Assembly (NCBI RefSeq): GCF_013167455.1
Contig: NZ_CP038328.1
DNA: 64,000 bases
Source: Escherichia coli O157:H7
GTDB lineage: Bacteria; Pseudomonadota; Gammaproteobacteria; Enterobacterales; Enterobacteriaceae
Strand: one strand, 5' to 3'
Both the position numbers and the translations under genes were made by a program. This document shows positions 43,744 through 52,800 of the stretch, piece after piece (positions within the stretch are counted from its first letter, which is position 1; every line of letters begins with the position of its first letter). The notes under the pieces were generated by a model. That model ran no database searches. It saw only the letters and a program-made list of their open reading frames with translations, and had not been told where the DNA came from.

Positions 43744-46176
43744 TTACAACAACTGTGCCAGCCGGTTGATATCCGACTGAATCGCCCCGGCGGTGACGTC
43801 GCGCCCCGCGCCAGGCCCACGGATCACCAGCGGGTTGTCGCGATACCAGCGGCTTTCGATGGCAAAGACGTTATCGCACGGTAGCAGTGATGCCAGCGGA
43901 TGGTCTTCACGCACCGCCTCCACGCCCACACGCGCTTTGCCGTTGGCATCGAAACGCGCCACGTAGCGCAGCACCAGCCCCATTTCGCGGGCCGCTTCCA
44001 GCCGTTGCACCATCTGCTCGTTAAGTTCATCGCCATTTTCAAAGAAATGGTCGATGCTGCCGCCTTCGCAATGAGCAGGCACCAGCGATTCCACACGTAC
44101 CTGGTCCGGTTCAATGTTGTAACCCGCTTCACGCGCCAGAATCACCAGCTTGCGCATTACGTCTTTGCCGGAGAGGTCGTCACGCGGATCAGGCTCGGTT
44201 AAGCCCTGCTGCCACGCCTGATCCACCAGCTCGGTAAACGGCACGCTACCGTCGAATTGCAGGAACAGCCAGGAGAGCGTGCCGGAGAAGATCCCACTGA
44301 TCGACAAAATAGTATCGCCGCTGTCGATCAGATCGCGCACGGTATGGTTGATCGGCAAGCCCGCACCGACGGTGGCGTTGTATAGCCAGTGACGCCCGGT
44401 TTTTTCGAAGGCGTCGTGGATCTGGCGATATTTATTGCTGTCGCTTGCTCCCGCCAGTTTGTTGGCACTGATGACGTGGAAACCGTGGCTGGCGAAATCA
44501 AGATACTGGTCAGCCAGCTGCTGGCTGGCGGTAACGTCCAGCACCACTAAATCATCATACGGATGGGCGCGCATCCACAGGAACAACGACTCTTCATCCT
44601 GCTCAACCGCTTCATCGTTGAAGAAGGCTAACGCGCGGCTGGCGTCCAGCCCGTCATAACTCAACAGACTGCGGCGGCTGTCCACCACGCCTGCCAGCAC
44701 AAATTCAAAGCCGGTACGCGCCGAAAGCGTGCTCTGCTCGCGGGCGAACAGTTCCAGCCAGCGGGAACCGATATTGCCTTTGCCGAACAATACCAGGCCG
44801 ATGCGTTTTTCTGCGCGGAAGACGGACTGATGCAGGCCCTGAATCAGGCTTTCGGTCGGGCCGGTGCGCAGTACTGCCACCAGGCTGATGCCGTCATCGG
44901 ACTGCCAGGTAAACTCGACCGGCTGGCCTTTCAGTTGCTGCCAGAAGCGGTGGCAATGCAGCGGGTTACGGGTGACACCCGCCCCGACCATCGCCACCAG
45001 CGCCAGCCCCTGACGCAGGCGCAGTTCGCCAGGTAATCCCGCTTCGTCGAGGATTTTCAGCGCACTGTCGGCCACTTCTGAGGTGTAGCAAAATTGCAGC
45101 AACTGGCGATCGTTATGCACGCCAACCGCCAGTGGGCGCACCTGAGCACGTTTCAGGATCTGGTCGATCTCTTTATGCGCCAGTTTGAAATCCTGGCTGG
45201 TGGGCACCTGAAACTCAATCAAGCAGACATCATCGTGGCTGGTGACAATACGCGCACCAGTACCGGAGGCCAGCACGCGTTCAATGCGCGTGGAGCCTTG
45301 ATCCGGCGTGTAGCTACAGCGCAGCTGCAGGTCGATTTCGCTACCGGATACTGGCTGTAAAGTACGGGCGTGAAGAACGGGAGCCGCCAGACGCGCCAGT
45401 TCGCTGGCTTCATCCAGACGCAGCAATGGCAGCAGACAGGCATCTTTCACTTTACGCGGATCGGCACTGTATACCCCGGCGACGTCGCTCCAGATGGTTA
45501 CACGAGAAACACCCGCCAGCGCACCGATTTGTGTCGCGGAATAGTCGGAACCGTTACGCCCCAGCAGCACCGTTTCACCGGCGTTGTTACGGCTGATAAA
45601 CCCGGTCACCACCAGACGTTTACCCGGATGTTGTACCAGTAGCTGTTGCAGCAACGGGTAAGAAAGCCCTTCATCAACCTGCGGTTGCGCAGCGCGTTCA
45701 GCGCGTAAAAACTCGCGGGCATCAAGCCAGGCCGCTGGCAGCCCTTGTTGATTAAGCACCGCAGACATCAGGCGCGCCGACCACACTTCGCCGTGGCCCA
45801 CCACTTCCGCATACACTGCGTCGTTAATACCGCTGTCGAGCAGCGCCGCCAGGCGCTCAAGATCGCTGACAAAAGCGCTAATGAGGCTATCGGCTTCTTC
45901 GGCGGGTAGCAGACCGCTAATCAGATCGCACTGATAGCGACGCAGCGTTTGTTGAACCTGATGCGCAGAGAGACGATCGGTCTGGCTTAGTTTCAACCAG
46001 TTAATCAACTGGTTAGTGGTGCTACCAGCGGCGGAAACCACCATCATATCGTCAGGCTGAGAGTACTCCGCCATAATGCCCGCGACACGCAAATAACACT
46101 TCACATCAGCCAGACTACTGCCACCAAATTTATGCAGCTGACGACCTTTCGCCCCTGCCTGCGCAATCACACTCAT
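43744..46176 (-). CDS. metL: bifunctional aspartokinase II / homoserine dehydrogenase II
   Basis: 810-aa ORF; ACT/aspartokinase N-terminal half and homoserine dehydrogenase C-terminal half. Confidence 0.95.
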   Translation of the reverse strand: MSVIAQAGAKGRQLHKFGGSSLADVKCYLRVAGIMAEYSQPDDMMVVSAAGSTTNQLINWLKLSQTDRLSAHQVQQTLRRYQCDLISGLLPAEEADSLISAFVSDLERLAALLDSGINDAVYAEVVGHGEVWSARLMSAVLNQQGLPAAWLDAREFLRAERAAQPQVDEGLSYPLLQQLLVQHPGKRLVVTGFISRNNAGETVLLGRNGSDYSATQIGALAGVSRVTIWSDVAGVYSADPRKVKDACLLPLLRLDEASELARLAAPVLHARTLQPVSGSEIDLQLRCSYTPDQGSTRIERVLASGTGARIVTSHDDVCLIEFQVPTSQDFKLAHKEIDQILKRAQVRPLAVGVHNDRQLLQFCYTSEVADSALKILDEAGLPGELRLRQGLALVAMVGAGVTRNPLHCHRFWQQLKGQPVEFTWQSDDGISLVAVLRTGPTESLIQGLHQSVFRAEKRIGLVLFGKGNIGSRWLELFAREQSTLSARTGFEFVLAGVVDSRRSLLSYDGLDASRALAFFNDEAVEQDEESLFLWMRAHPYDDLVVLDVTASQQLADQYLDFASHGFHVISANKLAGASDSNKYRQIHDAFEKTGRHWLYNATVGAGLPINHTVRDLIDSGDTILSISGIFSGTLSWLFLQFDGSVPFTELVDQAWQQGLTEPDPRDDLSGKDVMRKLVILAREAGYNIEPDQVRVESLVPAHCEGGSIDHFFENGDELNEQMVQRLEAAREMGLVLRYVARFDANGKARVGVEAVREDHPLASLLPCDNVFAIESRWYRDNPLVIRGPGAGRDVTAGAIQSDINRLAQLL

Positions 46177-46178
46177 TT

Positions 46179-47339
46179 TTACCCCTTGTTTGCAGCCCGG
46201 AAGCCATTTTCCAGGTCGGCAATTAAATCTTCGCCATCTTCAATACCGGTGGAGATACGCAGCAGCGTCTCGGAGATCCCGGCGGCAGCACGCGCTTCTG
46301 GTGCCATGCCTGCATGTGTCATGGTTGCGGCGTGAGAGATTAAACTTTCCACTCCCCCTAATGATTCCGCCAGCGTAAATAACGACAGCCCGCCCAGGAA
46401 ACGGCGCAGCGTCTGCTCATCGCCATCCAGTTCAAAACTCAACATTGCGCCAAAGCCTTTTTGCTGACGCGCGGCAATTTCATGCCCCTGATTTTCCGGC
46501 AGCGACGGGTGATACAGTTTTTTCACCAACGGCTGGGTTTGCAGATATTTCACAATCGCCTTCGCGTTGCGCTGCGCCAGCTCCATACGCGGCACCAGCG
46601 TTCGCAACCCGCGTAGCAGCAGATAGCTGTCAAACGCGCCGCCCGTCACGCCAATATTGTTTGCCCACCAGGCAAGTTCAGTGACAACGTCCGGGTCTTT
46701 AGCAATCACCACGCCAGCCACCACGTCAGAGTGACCGTTCAGATATTTCGTACATGAATGCAACACCAGATCGGCACCTAATGCCAGCGGATTTTGTAAT
46801 GCCGGGCTTAAGAAGGTGTTATCCACCACGCTCACCGCCCCGACTTCCCTTGCCAGATGGCAGATTTTCGCAATATCCACGACGCGTAACAATGGATTAC
46901 TTGGGCTTTCTACCAGTACCAGTTTGGGGTTTTCTGCCAGCGCTGCCCGTAATGCCTGTTCATCGCCTTGATCAACAAACAACACGCGATAGCAACCGCG
47001 TTTCGCCAGGCTGTCGAACAGGCGATAGCTACCGCCGTAGCAGTCGTGCGGCGCAACCAGCAGATCGCCAGGTTTCAAAAAGACGGTCGTTACCAGATGA
47101 ATCGCGGACATGCCGGTATTAGTAAGTACTGCACCAGCACCGCCTTCCAGTTCTGCCAGCGCACGCTGAACCACATCGCGCGTTGGGTTGCCGCGACGCG
47201 AGTAATCATGCGCGCGCGGTTCATTAAATCCGGTAAAGTTATAGGTGCTGGAAAGATGGATGGGAGGGACAACGCAACCATACTGTTCGTCGTCATTTAA
47301 CCCGCTACGCACTGCGATGGTGGCCTGTTTACGCGTCAT
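46179..47339 (-). CDS. metB: cystathionine gamma-synthase
   Basis: ORF track 46179..47516; start placed at ATG 47339 (MTRKQATIAVRSGLNDDEQYG), 386 aa, PLP-dependent Cys/Met metabolism fold. Confidence 0.95.
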   Translation of the reverse strand: MTRKQATIAVRSGLNDDEQYGCVVPPIHLSSTYNFTGFNEPRAHDYSRRGNPTRDVVQRALAELEGGAGAVLTNTGMSAIHLVTTVFLKPGDLLVAPHDCYGGSYRLFDSLAKRGCYRVLFVDQGDEQALRAALAENPKLVLVESPSNPLLRVVDIAKICHLAREVGAVSVVDNTFLSPALQNPLALGADLVLHSCTKYLNGHSDVVAGVVIAKDPDVVTELAWWANNIGVTGGAFDSYLLLRGLRTLVPRMELAQRNAKAIVKYLQTQPLVKKLYHPSLPENQGHEIAARQQKGFGAMLSFELDGDEQTLRRFLGGLSLFTLAESLGGVESLISHAATMTHAGMAPEARAAAGISETLLRISTGIEDGEDLIADLENGFRAANKG

Positions 47340-47402
47340 GTGATGAAGTTCCCTGGGCTTGGTCGGTGAAATGTCAGGCACCAGAGTAAACACTGTGTTA
47401 AT

Positions 47403-47426
47403 GGACGTCAATACATCTGGACATCT
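47403..47426. promoter_or_regulatory. MetJ operator (met boxes) in divergent metB / metJ control region
   Basis: Minus strand AGATGTCC AGATGTAT TGACGTCC, three tandem met-box-like octamers. Confidence 0.7.
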
Positions 47427-47615
47427 AAACTTCTTTGCGTATAGATTGAGCAAATCCCAAATAGCCGTTAAAATTATATGCATTATCACGCCGACAGGTG
47501 CATTACACGATGTCACGGTAACGCCTGTACGGTAAACTATGCGGGTTTACGGTCAGTACCCACATAAATTGTGTGGTCTGGTCTCAATTTATTGACGAAG
47601 AGGATTAAGTATCTC

Positions 47616-47933
47616 ATGGCTGAATGGAGCGGCGAATATATCAGCCCATACGCTGAGCACGGCAAGAAGAGTGAACAAGTCAAAAAGATTACGGTTTCCA
47701 TTCCTCTTAAGGTGTTAAAAATCCTCACCGATGAACGCACGCGTCGTCAGGTGAACAACCTGCGTCACGCTACCAACAGCGAGCTGCTGTGCGAAGCGTT
47801 TCTGCATGCCTTTACCGGGCAACCTTTGCCGGATGATGCCGATCTGCGTAAAGAGCGCAGCGACGAAATCCCGGAAGCGGCAAAAGAGATCATGCGTGAG
47901 ATGGGGATTAACCCGGAGACGTGGGAATACTAA
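47616..47933 (+). CDS. metJ: methionine repressor MetJ
   Basis: ORF track 47571..47933; start placed at ATG 47616 ([56 protein letters not shown]), 105 aa. Confidence 0.95.
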
Positions 47934-47992
47934 AGCGGAAAAGAGCGGCGCGGAGTTAACCAGCCGCTTTTTTCATACAAGGACGTTTAACG

Positions 47993-48601
47993 ATGAAAAT
48001 CAGGCTACTGATCCTCAGCCTGCTGGTTTCTGTGCCTGCCTTTGCCTGGCAGCCGCAAACTGGCGACATCATCTTTCAAATCTCTCGCTCATCGCAAAGT
48101 AAAGCGATCCAACTGGCGACCCATTCCGATTACAGCCACACCGGTATGCTGGTGATGCGTAACAAAAAGCCCTACGTTTTTGAAGCGGTCGGCCCGGTGA
48201 AATACACCCCGCTCAAGCAGTGGATTGCCCATGGTGAAAAGGGCAAATACGTTGTTCGCCGCGTTGAAGGCGGACTGAGTGTTGAACAACAGCAAAAACT
48301 GGCGCAAACGGCGAAACGTTATCTCGGCAAACCGTACGATTTCAGCTTCTCATGGAGCGACGATCGCCAGTACTGTTCGGAAGTGGTGTGGAAGGTTTAT
48401 CAGAATGCGCTGGGAATGCGTGTGGGCGAACAGCAGAAGTTGAAAGAGTTTGATCTCAGCAACCCGCTGGTCCAGGCGAAGCTCAAAGAACGCTACGGCA
48501 AAAATATTCCGCTTGAGGAAACGGTGGTCTCACCACAAGCCGTTTTCGATGCGCCACAACTCACCACGGTTGCCAAAGAATGGCCGCTGTTTTCGTGGTA
48601 A
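47993..48601 (+). CDS. yiiX: DUF830-family protein YiiX (permuted papain-like fold, signal peptide)
   Basis: 202-aa ORF MKIRLLILSLLVSVPAFAWQPQTGDIIFQISRSSQSKAIQLATHSDYSHTGMLV. Confidence 0.9.
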   Translation: MKIRLLILSLLVSVPAFAWQPQTGDIIFQISRSSQSKAIQLATHSDYSHTGMLVMRNKKPYVFEAVGPVKYTPLKQWIAHGEKGKYVVRRVEGGLSVEQQQKLAQTAKRYLGKPYDFSFSWSDDRQYCSEVVWKVYQNALGMRVGEQQKLKEFDLSNPLVQAKLKERYGKNIPLEETVVSPQAVFDAPQLTTVAKEWPLFSW

Positions 48602-48604
48602 TGG

Positions 48605-48706
48605 ATGATGAAAAAAATAATTCCCGCCGTAGTCTGTTTGTTGCTTTGTAGTTGCACGACCTTTCCGCAAGCTGTCGCTCCGGTAAACGGTGATGCCTCC
48701 AATTAG
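48605..48706 (+). pseudogene. 5' stub of a lipoprotein-like gene, interrupted by the IS1-like element after codon 28
   Basis: ATG 48605 encodes MMKKIIPAVVCLLLCSCTTFPQAVAPVN (KK, hydrophobic stretch, Cys) ending exactly at the IS boundary 48688; the last 5 codons and the stop lie inside the IS left inverted repeat. Confidence 0.3.
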
Positions 48707-48745
48707 TTGAATTAAGGATATAATACTCGCTTTTAAGGATGTTTC

Positions 48746-49018
48746 ATGGTCACAGTTAACCTTCATTGTCCCCGTTGCCAGTCCGTTCAGGTTTACCGTC
48801 GCGGGCAGAACCCCAAAAGACATGATCGATTCCGCGGCCGTGACTGTCACCGGGTATTTCAGCTCAGTTACTGTTACGAGCCCCGTAAACCGGGAGTTAA
48901 AGACCAAATCGCTGAAATGGCTTTCAACGGTGCCGGGGTTCGCTATACTGCCCGTACGCTGAAAATCGGCATTAATACAGTCATCCGAACTTTAAAAAAC
49001 TCTCGCCACGAAGAATAA
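48746..49018 (+). CDS. insA: IS1-family InsA (zinc-finger/HTH transposition regulator)
   Basis: 90-aa ORF MVTVNLHCPRCQSVQVYRRGQNPKRHDRFRGRDCHRVFQL...GINTVIRTLKNSRHEE; CxxC...CxxC motif; A-run (TTAAAAAACTC) at its 3' end like the IS1 programmed frameshift site. Confidence 0.85.
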   Translation: MVTVNLHCPRCQSVQVYRRGQNPKRHDRFRGRDCHRVFQLSYCYEPRKPGVKDQIAEMAFNGAGVRYTARTLKIGINTVIRTLKNSRHEE

Positions 49019-49452
49019 CGTCATCCCCGGTCGCTCATGCTGATGTGGCACTCATCTGCAAACTTAGTCAGCAATGGAGCTTTGTCGGCAGTAAAGCGCG
49101 ACAGCACTGGCTCTGGTACGTGTACAACACGAAAACTGGTGGTGTTCTGGCCTACACTTTTGGCCCCCGGACTGATGAAACCTGTCGTGAATTGCTGGCG
49201 CTGCTTACCCTTTTACCATCGGCATGTTGACCACTGACGAATGGGGTAGTTACGCTAGAGAGTTACCAAAGGAGAAGCATCTGACTGGTAAGATTTTTAC
49301 TCAGCACATTGAGCGTAACAATCTGACCCTGAGAACCCGAATCAAACGTCTGGCCCGCAGAACCATCTGTTTCTCGAGTTCTGTAGAACTTCATGAAAAA
49401 GTCATCGGTGCTTTTATCGAAAATATATGTTCTACTAATTGGAGTCATCACC
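49000..49452 (+). pseudogene. insB: IS1-family insB transposase reading frame, interrupted
   Basis: InsB-like segments split over two frames (49045..49230 ...QWSFVGSKARQHWLWYVYNTKTGGVLAYTFG; 49224..49538 MLTTDEWGSY...TQHIERNNLTLRTRIKRLARRTICFSSSVELHEKVIGAFIE); the second frame has no stop inside the element and reads through into flanking DNA. Confidence 0.6.
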
Positions 49453-49593
49453 CTTCTGATGAGCTTTCCTTGGATGATTACCAGACTGAATACACAGCCA
49501 AAGATTTTTACCTCATTCTGCTCTTTTTTCTCAAATGACATATATTATATTTTACATCATATTCATAGGCATATGACATTCCCCCGCCCCCCA

Positions 49594-49830
49594 TTATGTC
49601 ATTGTGGGTTGATGTTGGGCTTTCATAAAAAAATACATCTTTTTTGAACTAGCATTAATTATATTTACTTTATATATTAAAATATTTTCTCCATCTGGAA
49701 ATATTTTAGCCACACAATATAAAGCAGCTAAATCCGAATTACTTAAAAATATATTGTCATCACTCATAACTCCAGCCATTAAATGACTGGAGACTAAAGC
49801 AAGGAAATAACAACATTGTATTGCCTTCAT
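49594..49830 (-). CDS. small hydrophobic-N-terminus protein immediately downstream of rhs; candidate cognate immunity protein
   Basis: ATG at 49830, 1 nt after the rhs TAA (49832-49834), GGGAG about 10 nt upstream; 78 aa MKAIQCCYFLALVSSHLMAGVMSDDNIFLSNSDLAALYCVAKIFPDGENILIYKVNIINASSKKMYFFMKAQHQPTMT; AT-rich like the toxin tip. Confidence 0.6.
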   Translation of the reverse strand: MKAIQCCYFLALVSSHLMAGVMSDDNIFLSNSDLAALYCVAKIFPDGENILIYKVNIINASSKKMYFFMKAQHQPTMT

Positions 49831-49831
49831 T

Positions 49832-52800
49832 TTAATTACTCCCTTGCCTGATAATTGTAACTCCATTCCCTTTAGCTTTGGGATTATATTTTAGATAGGT
49901 GTTATTTGGTGTTCCCAAGTAACTACTGCATTCTTTTTTTCCCATTCCATTCATATAAGAATTCGTTAAATCTTTGCTTGAAAAATTTAGACTATCATAA
50001 ACATCATTTTCTTTTGTTACTTTATTTCCTTTATCGTCAGAGTAAAAACCGTGAGTGTGATAATCGCCTACTCTCTCTGAACCTTCAGGGCATTTTATAT
50101 TTCGCAAGTCTACACTATCATTATCATTTGAACTTATCGGATTCATGGGGAAATATTCACCTTGCTTCTTACATATTAGTCCACCATATTCTTTATTCTC
50201 GTTAATTGATTCTCCATTACACATTGCCAATGCAAATATTCCAATATCATCTATATTTTTTGATTTAAATTCATATAATCCTAATGGATCCATGCCATTC
50301 ACCGGGCTCAGCGGATATGTATACAGGTTCCATCCCCCCTTCAGCCCAATCGGATCCTGAGTGATATACCTCCCCTGCAGCGGGTCATAATAGCGGTGGC
50401 GGTTGTAATACAGGCCGGACTCCTCATCATACTGCTGCCCCGGCAGGCGGATAAGCTGCTGCAGCTGATGCGGGTTCTCTTCATTCAGCAGGTTGCCCCA
50501 CTCATCGTATTCTGCGCACCATTCTGTTGCCCCTTCCTTACTGATAAGGGCCAGCGGCAGGCCGCGATGGTCGCAGTGGTACAGGTGGATTTTTCGCGCC
50601 GGCGTGTATACCGGGTCCATCTGGCTTTGCATCTGCGCCACAGTCAGGCCGCACGATGCCAGCCAGCGGCGGCTTTCCTCACTCACCCGGTCAGCCAGGA
50701 TTTCACTTTCCAGCCGGTCGAGCATCTGCACCAGCACCGGCGGGAACACCACACTGCCACCGTCTTCGCCGCCGGACTGCTGAAGCGCATCCGCCAGGCT
50801 GCGGCGCTGCGTTTTCGCCAGCTCACCGGTGGCGGTTTCAACCCTGATGAGTGGCGTGAAGCTCCCCGGCTGATAAATCGTCTGGATGCGGGTTCTGTCG
50901 TTCTGTATTGTGGTCAGCCGGTCGCCGTCCCAGCCGTACCAGGTCACTTGCGGTTTCCGTGACAGCGACATCCAGCCCGTCAGGTCCCGTTCACGTCGCC
51001 ACACCCGTTTTGCCACCCTGCGGCCCAGCGGGTCGTAAAGATAGCGGCTTTCGACCAGCGGCTCTTCATATTGTGTCCGCGTGTAGTGCACCAGCCGGTG
51101 CTGACTGTCGTAATGGTACCGGTGAGTCCGCTCATCATCCGTGCGGATAACCCCTTCCGGGATGAGGTCGGTTTTCTCTGTCAGCCTGCCGTGACGGTCA
51201 TACCAGTAAAGATAGTGCGCGTCACGGGCGATACGGTTATCCGGCCACATGCTGAGGGTGCTGTCCGGGTGCAGCTCCGGGTCGGGCAGGCGGTTACCTG
51301 CCGGGTCCGTGGCATACGGGATGCGGATATCCAGATTCGCTGCGGTGGTGTGAACGCCGGTCAGCCTGCCGGAGTCGCTGTAGCTGTAACTCCGGGTCTG
51401 GCGCGGGCTGCTGATGCGGATGAGTTCGCCGTTGTCGTTCCAGGTGTAATCGCGGTCATACTGCAGGCTGTTCAGGTGCTGGCTCTGTAACTGCCCGGCA
51501 GGGGTATAAGCGGTGGTGAGTTCATAACGGCCGAATCTGCGCAGCGTTTTCCGGTGCAGGCGGTCGCGGGTGAAATCCACCAGCGGTGTGTCGCCGAGCT
51601 TCATGCCTGCCAGCCAGCCGCTGCCATAGGTCAGCCATTCCACGGCGGGCAGGCTGTCCGGTATACAGCGGTTCGCCAGCCCCTGCGCGTTGTAAGCGTG
51701 TCTGGTCTCATGCTGCCAGAGCAGTGCTTCCGTCTGCGGGTGATGCACCGTCTGACGCTCACCGGTCAGCCGGCCTTTCTCATCATACCCGTAATGCACC
51801 GTCACCCGGTGCCCTTCGCTGATATGGCTGATGTCTGTCAGCCAGCCGCGTTCGTCATACTGCCAGCGCTCTGCGGTTTCACCCTTCACGGTGCGGTGCG
51901 TGAGGCGGTCTGCTTCGTCATAGTGCCAGTGGGTGACCAGCCCCTCATCCTCGCTGCGGATAAGTTTGCCGGTCAGGTCGTGGTGATAACGCTGTGTGCG
52001 GCCGTCAAAGCCGGTTTCCTGTATCAGCCGGTCGAGTACATCGTAACGGAAGGTGGTGTGGCTGCCGTTTTCACTGGTCAGGCGGATGACCCGTCCGGCA
52101 GCATCGTATTCCATACTGCGCGTCAGACCGCCCTGCGTGGTACAGATGGCTTTTCCCCACGCATCGTACTGTGTCCCGTTTCTGCTGCCGTCCGGGGCAA
52201 TGACGGTGGTCAGGTCACCGGCGGCGTTGTATTCATACCGCGTTTCATGGCCCTGCGTGTCTTTCACGGCAATTAACTGTCCACGGCTGTCGTATGCGCG
52301 GTACTGACTCAGCCCTTCCTCGCGGTGCACCGCCGTCATCTGCCCGAAGCGGTCATGGTCATAACGGGTTACATAACCGGAACAGTCGGTGAAGCTCAGC
52401 AACTGACCGTAACGGCTCCACGTCATGGTTTTCCGGCTGCCGGTGGCATCTTCCGTTGCGCAGGGTAAGTCACTGTGTGGATTATCATAACGGTAGCGGG
52501 TGATATCGCCGTCAGGGGCAGTTTCCTGAATCAGACGGCCCCATTCATCATATTCCCGGCGTATTTCCAGCCCGTCAGGCCCGGTGGCTGACGTTAACTG
52601 GCTGTGGTGGTTATAGTAAAACGCCGATGCCCTGCCATCCGGCGTGGTGATGCGCGTGATGAGGCCCGTCACCACATCCGGGCTGTATTCTGTTGTCCTG
52701 CCTGCGGCATCCGTCTGTGCCCTGAGCCTGCCCACCGCGTCAAACTGACTCTGCGTGACGCTGCCGTCCGCGTGTTCCTTTTTCACCACCCGCTTCAGCC

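Larger units (their letters stand above)
48689..49452 (+). mobile_element. IS1-family insertion sequence, degenerate copy
   Basis: 764-bp element bounded by imperfect terminal inverted repeats GGTGATGCCTCCAATTAGTTGAA (48689-48711) and TTCTACTAATTGGAGTCATCACC (49430-49452), 21/23 match; contains an insA homologue and frameshifted insB. Confidence 0.85.

Noticed and set aside
49263-49541. 92-aa minus-strand ORF starting outside the IS1-like element (MSFEKKEQNEVKIFGCVFSLVIIQGKLIRR) and continuing into it
   Set aside because: Only about 30 codons lie outside the IS, the rest is antisense to insB; no RBS or domain signal. It could be a stub of a disrupted gene but the evidence is too thin to call.
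49393-49647. 84-aa plus-strand ORF spanning the IS1 right end and the AT-rich tail downstream of the immunity candidate
   Set aside because: Starts inside insB sequence and crosses the IS boundary; composition-driven ORF in AT-rich DNA, antisense to the immunity candidate 3' region.
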